DNA of 64,000 nt from a virus (lineage: Duplodnaviria; Caudoviricetes), in the IMG/VR virus record IMGVR_UViG_2886098363_000001, positions 1 through 64,000 of that record; one strand, given 5' to 3'. A program made the translations under genes and the position numbers. The notes below the pieces were generated by a model that saw nothing but the letters and a program-made list of their open reading frames with translations, was not told the DNA's origin and ran no database searches. Shown here in pieces: positions 28,394 through 36,409 of the stretch (position 1 is the stretch's first letter; every line of letters starts with the position of its first letter).

Positions 28394-28870
28394 TTAGTCG
28401 CTGGTCACGCTGATGGTCAGCTGTTTGCCGCGCCCCATAAAGTCAGCCAGGGCGGCGACGCGATCCTGCTGTTGGGTGACGCGGTGGCGCTGGCTGGTAT
28501 CCAGCACATCCAGATTGACGTTGACGCTGACCTCGACCAACTTGCGGGTCTCGCGTTCCAGCGTCTTGGTGTACTGCTTGGCGGCAATGGCTATCTGTTC
28601 GGACGGGGAAGCCAGCTCGTAACCGTGCCCACGCTTGATGTCGAGATAGATCTTGCGCTCGGTCAGCAGCAGCTCCCGCAACTCGTTGACGCTACGCAGC
28701 ACCCGCCACTCATACTCGTCGCGGGCAGCATCGTATTCGGGGATGCTGTGGTATTTTTCCGGGAAGGGGCGTTCCAACCCCAGCATGCGGCGCAAGTCTG
28801 CGTGACTGATGAAATCGCCGTAGTGGAGCCCGAGAGCATCCCAGGCTGTCAGTTGTTCTTCCTGAGTCAT
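28394..28870 (-). CDS. Accessory protein coupled to the RAMP-like gene
   Basis: 158 aa; its ATG overlaps the upstream TGA (ATGA); helical C-terminus. Confidence 0.75.
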   Translation of the reverse strand: MTQEEQLTAWDALGLHYGDFISHADLRRMLGLERPFPEKYHSIPEYDAARDEYEWRVLRSVNELRELLLTERKIYLDIKRGHGYELASPSEQIAIAAKQYTKTLERETRKLVEVSVNVNLDVLDTSQRHRVTQQQDRVAALADFMGRGKQLTISVTSD

Positions 28871-29454
28871 CCGGCCACCTCCACGTTGAAGCGGCCGTAA
28901 GTGCCGCCGCAGGCTGGGCGCCAGTCGCCCACGCCCACATAGCGACCGGCGTTGCCGAGCACGGTCAGCAGTTCGCTGCGATCCAGCCTGGTGTCGTCAA
29001 ATTCGATGTGAAAGACCAGTTGCCAGCCAGCAGGGAAGCGCGGGCGGTGGCGCATCACTCGTGCGGTCCCCACCTTGACGCTTTTGGCCAGCGAGAAGCC
29101 CGGCGTGTCTACCAGTTGCTGCGGGTCTTGCGGGCCGTCGTAGCGCAGTGTGATCTCATCTTCCAGCACCAGCAGGCTGCGCTTGAATTCGGTACCCAAC
29201 TTGTTGAGCTTGGCCGCCTCGGTCAGGCAGGCTTTCAGGTTGCTGCCCGGCAGGTGGATGCCACTGGCCCTGCTGAAGTAGATCGCCCCCAGTAGTTCGG
29301 AGCGGGCGATATCCTCGTGGTCGGTGTCGGATTTCTTGCGCTTGGAGGTCAATGCCTTGTGCGCCTTGGTCATCGGATCCAGCGGGTCGCTAAAGCGGTC
29401 GCTGTGCATCAGTAACGGGGTGGTGCCCGTCAGTGTCAGTTTCAGTGTTGCCAT
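28867..29454 (-). CDS. Stand-alone RAMP/Cas7-like protein (candidate Vipr-type effector), 195 aa
   Basis: N-terminal LKLTLTGTTPLLMH strand, LPGSNLKACL helix, C-terminal Gly-rich loop GRYVGVGDWRPACGGTYGRF; GAGGA RBS before ATG 29454. Confidence 0.75.
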   Translation of the reverse strand: MATLKLTLTGTTPLLMHSDRFSDPLDPMTKAHKALTSKRKKSDTDHEDIARSELLGAIYFSRASGIHLPGSNLKACLTEAAKLNKLGTEFKRSLLVLEDEITLRYDGPQDPQQLVDTPGFSLAKSVKVGTARVMRHRPRFPAGWQLVFHIEFDDTRLDRSELLTVLGNAGRYVGVGDWRPACGGTYGRFNVEVAG

Positions 29455-29485
29455 TGTGTAGTCCTCGTTGATGTGCCCTTCCGGG

Positions 29486-29547
29486 CCCTTGCCTTGCCCA
29501 GCCAAGCCGGGCCCTGCCACGCCGCGCCCAGCCGGGCCGAGCCGCAG
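29486..29547 (-). ncRNA. GGC-NN pentamer array unit 2 (candidate guide RNA)
   Basis: CTGC GGCtc GGCcc GGCtg GGCgc GGCgt GGCag GGCcc GGCtt GGCtg GGCaa GGCaa GGG, followed by a GCCC-GGAA-GGGC hairpin. Confidence 0.8.
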
Positions 29548-29608
29548 GGCCAAACACACTCAGGGAATGCGCTTGGCGCTGGGCGGTTTTTAACGAGGAC
29601 CGCCACCT

Positions 29609-29670
29609 CCCACGCCTTGCCACGCCATGCCACGCCATGCCCGGCCCTGCCTTGCCTCGCCAGGCCGCAG
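29609..29670 (-). ncRNA. GGC-NN pentamer array unit 1 (candidate guide RNA)
   Basis: CTGC GGCct GGCga GGCaa GGCag GGCcg GGCat GGCgt GGCat GGCgt GGCaa GGCgt GGG, between hairpins at 29668-29704 and 29582-29604. Confidence 0.8.
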
Positions 29671-30080
29671 CCTGGAACCCCCTGTGACAAGAGGCTCCAG
29701 GCTGGCCACTGTCACCAGTGGCCTGCCGGTTACGTTATCCGGCGCTGTCTGGTCAGCCGTTCGCGGTGTCGCGCTCTTGCCGCTAATAACAGGTATCCAC
29801 CCCAGAGTTGCGGACTGCTCTACCCATGCCGCTTGGTTTATTGACCCTGGCCAGATGCAAAGCTGGCTCCCTACAAGGGGACTCGGGGCGCCATCATTAC
29901 TGGCGCATGGATTGGCCGCTTTTAACGGCTGTCGGTCACATCGTTCGCACTCCATGTTGTGTTGAGGTCGCAATAGTCGAGTGATAAATCGTTCACGTTC
30001 ACACGCCGCTTTCCGAATTTACGGGTTATCGGCGCATCCCTACCGGCATCGGGATTCGTGGTTGTGAGCCGGTTCCTGGT

Positions 30081-30092
30081 TGTTAAAGAGCG
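30081..30092 (-). promoter_or_regulatory. boxA antitermination element
   Basis: CGCTCTTTAACA on the pL-direction strand, near-identical to the rrn/nut boxA consensus. Confidence 0.65.
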
Positions 30093-30191
30093 AGCTCAGC
30101 CGAATTTGGCGTGAGCGAAGCCAAAGCATCCTTGCGGTGCTTGTGAAAGAGGCTTTGGCTACGGCGCTATCAGGGAAGCGCCAGACCCGGG

Positions 30192-30446
30192 TCAGATGGC
30201 GTTGCGGTGGAACTCAGCGCGCCAGTGGAGGAGGGCGCGGCATTTCATGGCGGTCATGGTGCGCACCTTGGCAGACTGGGCGGTGCGGGCTGCGACGAGC
30301 TGGTGCCGCTCGGTGGCCATCATGGCAACCGCCAAGCGTTGCTTGATGGTTCGGCGGCGGGCGGCGTTGCCGTTCAGGCGGTCGGCGATGGCGGCAACGA
30401 TCTGGTCGGCGCGTTTTGCGGCTCTGGAAATAGTGACTTTCATCAT
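30192..30446 (-). CDS. First pL gene; small basic protein, possibly N-like
   Basis: MMKVTISRAAKRADQIVAAIADRLNGNAARRRTIKQRLA; Arg-rich. Confidence 0.55.
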   Translation of the reverse strand: MMKVTISRAAKRADQIVAAIADRLNGNAARRRTIKQRLAVAMMATERHQLVAARTAQSAKVRTMTAMKCRALLHWRAEFHRNAI

Positions 30447-30828
30447 GTTATCCTTGCGTCTGTTGGCGAGTTGGTCCTCGCTAATTCCCAGTTGATTCGT
30501 CATGCTGGGTCCTGATTGCTGGGGTTGGTCCCTCGGCTTTCACTGACCGGGTGGTACCCGGTCCTTCGAAGCCCGCCTTGTGCGGGCTTTGTCGTTCTTA
30601 CGCGCTGGTCAGGCGCTTCACTGCTGCCCTGGTTGGGGCTGGGTCCTGTTGCTGGGTGGTACTCAATTCTTTGCTGGCTTTTTACTCCGCCAGATCCGGA
30701 GGTTTGCCGGTTACGTCTCCGGCCCGGGCTCTCACCGTTCGTGTGGCATTACCCAAGACCTTCACCACGATTGGCCGCCTTCCACGCTGCCCCTTGTTGC
30801 TCCCGGCCTTGGGTATTCCATCTCAGCC

Positions 30829-30918
30829 CTTTCCAATTTGAACCGGTTGTTGCTGTTTTGGAATGAGCTGATTATTGCCAAATAGAAATGAAAGGTCAAT
30901 GACGTTCCAAAAAGAAAT
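30829..30918 (-). promoter_or_regulatory. pL promoter with oL operators
   Basis: TTGACC(30899-30894)-17-AATAAT(30876-30871); operator-like 16-mers at 30829, 30874, 30903 (consensus ATTTC-N6-GAAAT). Confidence 0.65.
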
Positions 30919-30939
30919 TCATAATTTTTTCAGAGCAAC

Positions 30940-30963
30940 AAAAAGCCCGCCAAGTGGCGGGCT
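30940..30963 (-). terminator. cI terminator
   Basis: AGCCCGCC-AAGT-GGCGGGCT hairpin with a U-tract on the minus strand. Confidence 0.75.
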
Positions 30964-30986
30964 ATCAATGTGCAGTAGAAGGCAGT

Positions 30987-31598
30987 TCAAGAGGGGAGGC
31001 GGATCTCGATAACTTTGCCTATGGGGAGTAGTTGTTTATCGGTGAGAGAACCTGCACGAGGGTCATCCACGCCATAACGCCAATCTGGTAGGCCCTGGAT
31101 CGCACGCAGGAACATGAACTTGTCGTCCACCTTGGCCAGCATGATCTTGTTGTGTTCTGGCTTGTTATCACTGAGATCAACCAAGCACAAGGCTCCATTG
31201 GTAATGCCTGCATCAGCCAGTTGGTCATTGTCAGCTACCACGGCTATCAGGTGGCCGTCCCTCTCTGTAGCCAGCTTGCGGCCTGTGTCTGCGTGGGGCC
31301 AGGCATCGATAGTGGGGTCTTCCAGTAGCCCAGGCATAGTAAAAACAGGCACCATGCCGGGACCCGCTTCGATGTCACGAATAAGGCTGTCTGCGGAGCG
31401 CCCTAGATATAGCCAGACAGGGTCAACCTTCAACTGCTTGGCAATGGACATGAGGCTACTTGCTCTAACCTCTCGGCCAGGTTCAGAGAGTATTCGGCTG
31501 ATCACCGGTGGGGATATCCCTGTTTTGCGGCTCAGTTCAGCGGCGCTCACATGTAACTCTTTCATCCTTGCCTGCAATCGTTCCGCAAAGTTTTTCAT
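30987..31598 (-). CDS. cI: CI-like repressor (HTH + S24-like C-domain)
   Basis: LHVSAAELSRKTGISPPVISRIL HTH; divergent from cro. Confidence 0.85.
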   Translation of the reverse strand: MKNFAERLQARMKELHVSAAELSRKTGISPPVISRILSEPGREVRASSLMSIAKQLKVDPVWLYLGRSADSLIRDIEAGPGMVPVFTMPGLLEDPTIDAWPHADTGRKLATERDGHLIAVVADNDQLADAGITNGALCLVDLSDNKPEHNKIMLAKVDDKFMFLRAIQGLPDWRYGVDDPRAGSLTDKQLLPIGKVIEIRLPS

Positions 31599-31643
31599 CG
31601 ATTCACCTATTGCATTTTGTAAACCAAGTCTATCAAGGAGGAA

Positions 31644-31695
31644 ATTTCCAATGGGAGCGGATTGGGTTGCAAAAATTTCCGTTTAGAAATAAAGT
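31644..31695 (+). promoter_or_regulatory. pR promoter with oR operators
   Basis: TTGCAA(31667)-17-TAAAGT(31690); palindrome ATTTCCGTTTAGAAAT at 31675-31690 and a variant at 31644. Confidence 0.65.
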
Positions 31696-31727
31696 TCGTG
31701 TGAGCACCAACCACACGAGGACCACCT

Positions 31728-31943
31728 ATGCGTATCGACGATGTAACCAAGTTCTTTGGCAATGCGGCCAAGGCGTGCAACGCCATCGGCACGAGCCAAT
31801 CAAATTTCACCAAGTGGAGGAAGCTGAACAAGGGCATTGTCCCGGCCCAGCATGCCGTCCAGTTTGTGTTGGCCAGCAATGGCGAGCTGCGACTGGGGCT
31901 GGAGGATTACTCCCTCAGCAAGACCCAAGACCAAGCCGCCTAA
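31728..31943 (+). CDS. cro: Cro-like repressor
   Basis: FFGNAAKACNAIGTSQSNFTKW...GIVPAQHA. Confidence 0.85.
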   Translation: MRIDDVTKFFGNAAKACNAIGTSQSNFTKWRKLNKGIVPAQHAVQFVLASNGELRLGLEDYSLSKTQDQAA

Positions 31944-31975
31944 CCAGCTGCCCAACCACCAACAGGACCCAAACC

Positions 31976-32761
31976 ATGACCAATTTGATTAGCAAGGCCT
32001 TTGAAGGGCACAACATTCGCATCATTACCGACCAGCAGGGCGAGCCCTGGTTCGTGGCTGCCGATATTGCCAGGGCTTTGGGGTACAACGATGCCGATCA
32101 AGCCATCCGCCGCCACTGCAAGGGTGTGACTAAAGCCCCCGTTGAAACGACGGGGGGTATGCAACGAGTCTCTATCATCCCCGAGCGCGACGTTTACCGC
32201 CTCGTCATGCGATCCAAACTCGAAAGCGCAGAGCGTTTTGAAGAGTGGGTGGTAGGTGAAGTGTTGCCCAGCATCCGCAAGCATGGCGGCTACATTGCCG
32301 GTCAGGAGCAGGATGCGCCGGAGCTGATCATGGCCAAGGCGCTGATGGTAGCGCAATCCGTGATCGACCGGAAAAGCCAAGAGCTGGCTGCCGCCCAGCA
32401 GACCATTGCGGCCAACGCCCCTGCAGTGGCGTTTGCCGGTCTGGTCGCGGAGGATGACAAGGGCGTTTTGCTCGGGAACTTCGCCAAGGCAATTGGCTTT
32501 GGCCCCCGGAAGATTTTCCCGCTGCTGCACGAGCTGCGCATCCTGATGCAGGGTGGCAATCGTCATAACCTGCCGTTCCAGGAGTATCTGGATCGGGGTT
32601 ATTTCAAGGTGGTCGAGAAACCTTATAACGCGAATGGCGAAACCCGCATCAGTTTTATCACGCATGTCACCGGTAAGGGCCAGCAGTGGCTGACCAAGCG
32701 TCTGCTCGATCTTGGTTACCTTAAGGCTAGCGCGGGCAGCGCTAGCTTGGAGGGGATCTAA
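31976..32761 (+). CDS. BRO-N / KilAC antirepressor
   Basis: EPWFVAADIARALGY, YRLVMRSKLESAERFEEWVVGEVLPSIRKHGGY, VTGKGQQW. Confidence 0.92.
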   Translation: MTNLISKAFEGHNIRIITDQQGEPWFVAADIARALGYNDADQAIRRHCKGVTKAPVETTGGMQRVSIIPERDVYRLVMRSKLESAERFEEWVVGEVLPSIRKHGGYIAGQEQDAPELIMAKALMVAQSVIDRKSQELAAAQQTIAANAPAVAFAGLVAEDDKGVLLGNFAKAIGFGPRKIFPLLHELRILMQGGNRHNLPFQEYLDRGYFKVVEKPYNANGETRISFITHVTGKGQQWLTKRLLDLGYLKASAGSASLEGI

Positions 32762-32763
32762 CC

Positions 32764-33120
32764 ATGTCCAATATTCGTCTTGTTTCATTTTCTGACCAAT
32801 CCAAGCAGAAGCAAAAAGTGATAACCAGCAGCAGGCGGAACTATGAGTCCCAGGTCATGGCTTACGGCTCCTACAACCTGATCGAGTTTGTTATCAACAG
32901 CATATGCTGCGTCGAGTGCGTGAACGAGGAGGATCAGGCGCTTATCAGCGAGATGTGCGACTGCCTTGAGCACGCGGCGGACATGCTTAAGGCGCATTTG
33001 GGCATTCTTGCTGGGCACAAGGTGCCAGCCGAAAAGCGCGAAAAGCTGACCAGCTTTATCAAACGCTGGGAAGAGTGCGCCATCAAGAATGGCGACGCAT
33101 CTCCAACCACCAAAGCCTAA
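32764..33120 (+). CDS. Hypothetical protein
   Basis: 118-aa ORF directly after the antirepressor. Confidence 0.55.
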   Translation: MSNIRLVSFSDQSKQKQKVITSSRRNYESQVMAYGSYNLIEFVINSICCVECVNEEDQALISEMCDCLEHAADMLKAHLGILAGHKVPAEKREKLTSFIKRWEECAIKNGDASPTTKA

Positions 33121-33140
33121 ACCACCAGAGGACCAACCCC

Positions 33141-33530
33141 ATGGGAAGAGTAACGCTCCCCGATCATGAAAATATGAGCACCCGCTCCCCGCTGCGGGTG
33201 CGCGGCACCCCAGCTCAGCGCCAGGTATGGCAGGAAGTAGGCGCCGAGTGTGGCATGACTGAAACCGCATTTGCCCGCACCTCGCTGCTGATCCTGCTCC
33301 AGGCAATATCTCAGCATGAGCCCGGCATCTTGGCGAGGGCCGTCAAACGGGCCAATCGGAGCCTGCTCGAGCAGGGATTTCCGCCCGTGACCGTCGAGGA
33401 GATCCTGGATGGCTCCGGTCTGCCCGAGCGCGGCCTGCTCCAGTTCAGCCAAGAAGACGAGGCCGCCTACAACGAGGAGCGCCCGCTGCGCCCCCTGCAA
33501 AAACTCATCAACTTTGTCCTCGGGAGGTAA
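33141..33530 (+). CDS. Hypothetical regulator (CII position)
   Basis: RHH-like PLRVRGTPAQRQVWQEVG; GAGG RBS. Confidence 0.6.
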   Translation: MGRVTLPDHENMSTRSPLRVRGTPAQRQVWQEVGAECGMTETAFARTSLLILLQAISQHEPGILARAVKRANRSLLEQGFPPVTVEEILDGSGLPERGLLQFSQEDEAAYNEERPLRPLQKLINFVLGR

Positions 33531-33533
33531 CCC

Positions 33534-33752
33534 ATGACCATGCAATTACGTCCGCCGCGCCCGGCATCCCAGCACGTCAGCGATCGCGACAACATCATCC
33601 TGAAGTCGGTCATGCATGAGCTGGCCCTGGCCCTCGATGAGCCGCTGATTTCGACTGCCCATGCCGCCGGTACCGACCGGCAGGCCCTGCGCCTGGCCCG
33701 CGAGCTGGAAGCCCGCACCCTGGAGCGTGCCGGGTCGCAGCCCAGCGCATAA
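33534..33752 (+). CDS. Hypothetical protein
   Basis: GGAGG RBS; coupled. Confidence 0.6.
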   Translation: MTMQLRPPRPASQHVSDRDNIILKSVMHELALALDEPLISTAHAAGTDRQALRLARELEARTLERAGSQPSA

Positions 33753-33802
33753 CCACCATTCGCCTGCCTCACCACCAGGCTTACTGAATCAGGATCTGAC
33801 CA

Positions 33803-33958
33803 ATGACCAATCCGACCATGGCCCATGGGGGCCATTCCTTGCCGCATGATCTCGACCATTGCCCGCTGTGTGGCGGCGAGCTGCAATCCGGTACCCATGA
33901 CCGCGCTTACGAGTGCCCCGCCTGTGAGTACACCGAGCAGGAGGTGACCAATGGCTAA
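33803..33958 (+). CDS. 51-aa zinc-ribbon protein (below ORF-track cutoff)
   Basis: Hand-translated: CPLCGGE...YECPACEY. Confidence 0.55.
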   Translation: MTNPTMAHGGHSLPHDLDHCPLCGGELQSGTHDRAYECPACEYTEQEVTNG

Positions 33959-34082
33959 TCCGTCATCTGTTGCCACCTGGGAGCTCTATGAGCTCAAGAA
34001 GCGTGAATTGCAAGCAATGGGGTTATCCCAGCGTGAGTACGAGCTGGCCGTGCGCCAGCTTGCTGATGAGCTGGGGGTGTGA
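33951..34082 (+). CDS. 43-aa hypothetical protein
   Basis: Hand-translated MANPSSVATWELYELKKREL...; GGAGG RBS; coupled to the O gene. Confidence 0.5.
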   Translation: MANPSSVATWELYELKKRELQAMGLSQREYELAVRQLADELGV

Positions 34083-34083
34083 G

Positions 34084-34881
34084 ATGAGCATGGCTCTTAT
34101 GGTTAAGGCGATGAGCATCAAGGTAGGTAACCCGCTTCGCAAACTGGTGCTGATCAAGCTGGCAGACAATGCCAGCGACAACGGTGAATGCTGGCCATCA
34201 CATCAGCATATTGCCGATCAGTGTGAGATCTCCCGGCGTTCAGTGATCAATCACATTGAGGCTCTGTGTGAATCCGGCTTGCTGAAAAAAGAGGGTCGAT
34301 TAGGGCCTAATGGCAAGAAGTCGAACATGTACGTTTTGAGTCTTGATGGTGCAGGAGCTGCACATCAGAATGTGCAGGAGATTCACCAGGGTGGTGCAGG
34401 AGCTGCACATCCGAATGTGCAGGAGATTCACCAGGGTGGTGCAGGAGCTGCACAAGGGGGTGGTGCAGGAGCTGCACATAGAATCAGTCACTCTTTAGAA
34501 CCAGTCATTGAACCAGTAATACCCCCTGTATCCCCCAAGGGGGAAAAATCAAAGCGCGGGACGCGTTTGCCTGATGACTGGAAACTTCCCAAAGCCTGGG
34601 GTGAGTGGGCAATGACCGAGCTTGGCCTGTTGCGAAACCAGATCCTGCTGGAGGCGGAAACTTTCGCCGACTACTGGCAATCACTGCCAGGCGCCAAGGC
34701 GGTGAAGCTGGACTGGGAGAAGACCTGGCGAAACTGGGTCCGTCGCTCCTGCACCAGCCCGTCGCGAAAACCTGCTAACCGCAAACCGGAGCCGCCGATG
34801 CCACGGGCCTTTGGCGAGGACGCTGCCCCGAGCGGCAAGCCATCGGCTCCGGCCTTCCGTCCACGCGCTTTCGGGGAGTGA
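34084..34881 (+). CDS. Replication initiator (O-like, wHTH)
   Basis: KLVLIKLADNASDNGECWPSHQHIADQCEISRRSVINHI; internal iterons. Confidence 0.9.
   Translation: MSMALMVKAMSIKVGNPLRKLVLIKLADNASDNGECWPSHQHIADQCEISRRSVINHIEALCESGLLKKEGRLGPNGKKSNMYVLSLDGAGAAHQNVQEIHQGGAGAAHPNVQEIHQGGAGAAQGGGAGAAHRISHSLEPVIEPVIPPVSPKGEKSKRGTRLPDDWKLPKAWGEWAMTELGLLRNQILLEAETFADYWQSLPGAKAVKLDWEKTWRNWVRRSCTSPSRKPANRKPEPPMPRAFGEDAAPSGKPSAPAFRPRAFGE
34348..34479 (+). repeat. Replication-origin iterons inside the O gene
   Basis: Four GGTGCAGGAGCTGCACA (34348, 34393, 34438, 34462) and two TGTGCAGGAGATTCACC; 45-bp duplication. Confidence 0.85.
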
Positions 34882-34885
34882 TGCC

Positions 34886-36229
34886 ATGAGAAACCAAAAC
34901 GTTAGCGCCATCGCCCCGCAACAGGCCGAACACCACCTGAGCGAGCGGCTCTACAGCCACGATGCGGAGTCCTCCGTGCTGGGCTGTGTGCTGCTCGATG
35001 CCAGCCTGATGGCCGAGTGCCGCCTGACCCAGGAGTCGTTCAACTCGCAGGTCCATCGCCGGATCTTTGCCGCCTGTCTGGCGCTGCACCTGAGCCGGAC
35101 GCCCATCGATCTCATCACCCTGCAGGGGGAGCTGGAGCGCCGCAACGAGCTGGACATGATCGGCGGGTTCGCCTACCTGGTCGAGATCGCCAAGAACACC
35201 CCAAGCTCGGCGAACTTCAGCGCCTACCAGGAGATCGTGCAGTCCCGTTACCAGTTGCGTAAGACCTACCTGATGCTGCGTGAGGCCCTGCCGCGGCTGG
35301 AGCGCGGCGAGAACGTCTCTGACGAGCTGGCATCCTCGCTGATGCGCATAGCTCAGCCCAGTGGCCGCTACGAGCATGGTCCGGAGGAGATTGCCAGGGC
35401 GGCAGTCGATGCCATCGAGCGCTACCAGATGGGGCTTGAGCAGGGGGTCACCTACGGGATCCCCGATCTGGATGCGGCCGCCAACGGAGCGCATAACTCG
35501 GACCTGGTGATCATCGCCGCCCGCCCGGCCATGGGGAAAACCGCGCTGCTGCTGAACATGATCCTGGGCGCTCTGGCGGTGCCCGCCGGCCATTCGGTGG
35601 GGTTTATCTCAGCCGAGATGCCGGTCGCGCAGATTGGCACCCGGATCTGCTGCATGGATGGCCGCGTGAACAGCCACAAGATGCGCACCGGCCAGTTGGA
35701 TGACGAGGACTGGGCGCGGCTGACGGCCGCCACCGGGCGCCTGATTGGCTCCAAGCTGCGGGTGTTCGACAAGTCCGGGGTGAGCATTGGCGAGATTGAG
35801 CGGCTCGCCCGGCGCTGGAAGCACGAGCACGGCCTGACGGCGCTCTACGTGGATTACCTGCAGCGCATCAAGGGGGTGAACCCCAACGCCGAGCGCTGGC
35901 AGCAGGTGGGGGACAACGTCATGCGGCTCAAGGAGCTGGCCCGCGAGCTGGATATCCCGGTGATCTGCCTGGCCCAGGTGAACCGGGCCTGCGAAGAACG
36001 TGGCAACAAGCGGCCCGGCATGGGGGACATCGCCAACTCGTCCGAGGTCGAGAAGGAGGCCGACCAGATCATGGTGTTGTATCGGGATGAGGTCTACGAC
36101 GAGAACAGCACCGACAAGGGGACCGCCGAGATCAACTACGTGAAGAATCGCCACGGCCCGACCGGGGTGGTGCGGGTGCGCTGGCAGGCGCCATTCATGC
36201 GGTTCTGCAACCTGAAGGAGGAATACTGA
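34886..36229 (+). CDS. dnaB: DnaB-like replicative helicase
   Basis: IAARPAMGKT Walker A, VDYLQ, LAQVNR, EKEADQI, KNRHGPTG. Confidence 0.95.
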   Translation: MRNQNVSAIAPQQAEHHLSERLYSHDAESSVLGCVLLDASLMAECRLTQESFNSQVHRRIFAACLALHLSRTPIDLITLQGELERRNELDMIGGFAYLVEIAKNTPSSANFSAYQEIVQSRYQLRKTYLMLREALPRLERGENVSDELASSLMRIAQPSGRYEHGPEEIARAAVDAIERYQMGLEQGVTYGIPDLDAAANGAHNSDLVIIAARPAMGKTALLLNMILGALAVPAGHSVGFISAEMPVAQIGTRICCMDGRVNSHKMRTGQLDDEDWARLTAATGRLIGSKLRVFDKSGVSIGEIERLARRWKHEHGLTALYVDYLQRIKGVNPNAERWQQVGDNVMRLKELARELDIPVICLAQVNRACEERGNKRPGMGDIANSSEVEKEADQIMVLYRDEVYDENSTDKGTAEINYVKNRHGPTGVVRVRWQAPFMRFCNLKEEY

Positions 36230-36408
36230 TGGACGCTATTGCTGTGCCAGCAAGCCAGATCTTGCAAGAGTGGGAGGCTGAGATGCGCATCAGGGCGAAG
36301 TTGACACTACCAGAGTTGGCAGCTCGGGAGCGCCAGCAACGCATGGTCAGAGAACGGGAGATATCCCGTGCCTTTGGGCGGCGCTATCGCATCGAGGAGG
36401 ATTGCTGA
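36229..36408 (+). CDS. 59-aa hypothetical protein
   Basis: Hand-translated; overlaps the dnaB stop. Confidence 0.5.
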   Translation: MDAIAVPASQILQEWEAEMRIRAKLTLPELAARERQQRMVREREISRAFGRRYRIEEDC

Positions 36409-36409
36409 C

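Noticed and set aside
29486-29670. Arrays as a plain microsatellite or a canonical CRISPR array
   Set aside because: Slippage would homogenise the units, yet the NN vary while unit count and boundaries are identical in both copies. There are no 23-47-bp repeats with long spacers and no cas1/cas2.
29390-29973. Track ORFs across the arrays (29390-29638, 29442-29690, 29473-29844, 29590-29973, 29627-29965) and the 35-aa N-terminal extension of 28867..29559
   Set aside because: Peptides such as AWHGVARRG are just the translation of a 5-nt repeat. GC-only repeats lack stop codons, and a good RBS sits at ATG 29454.
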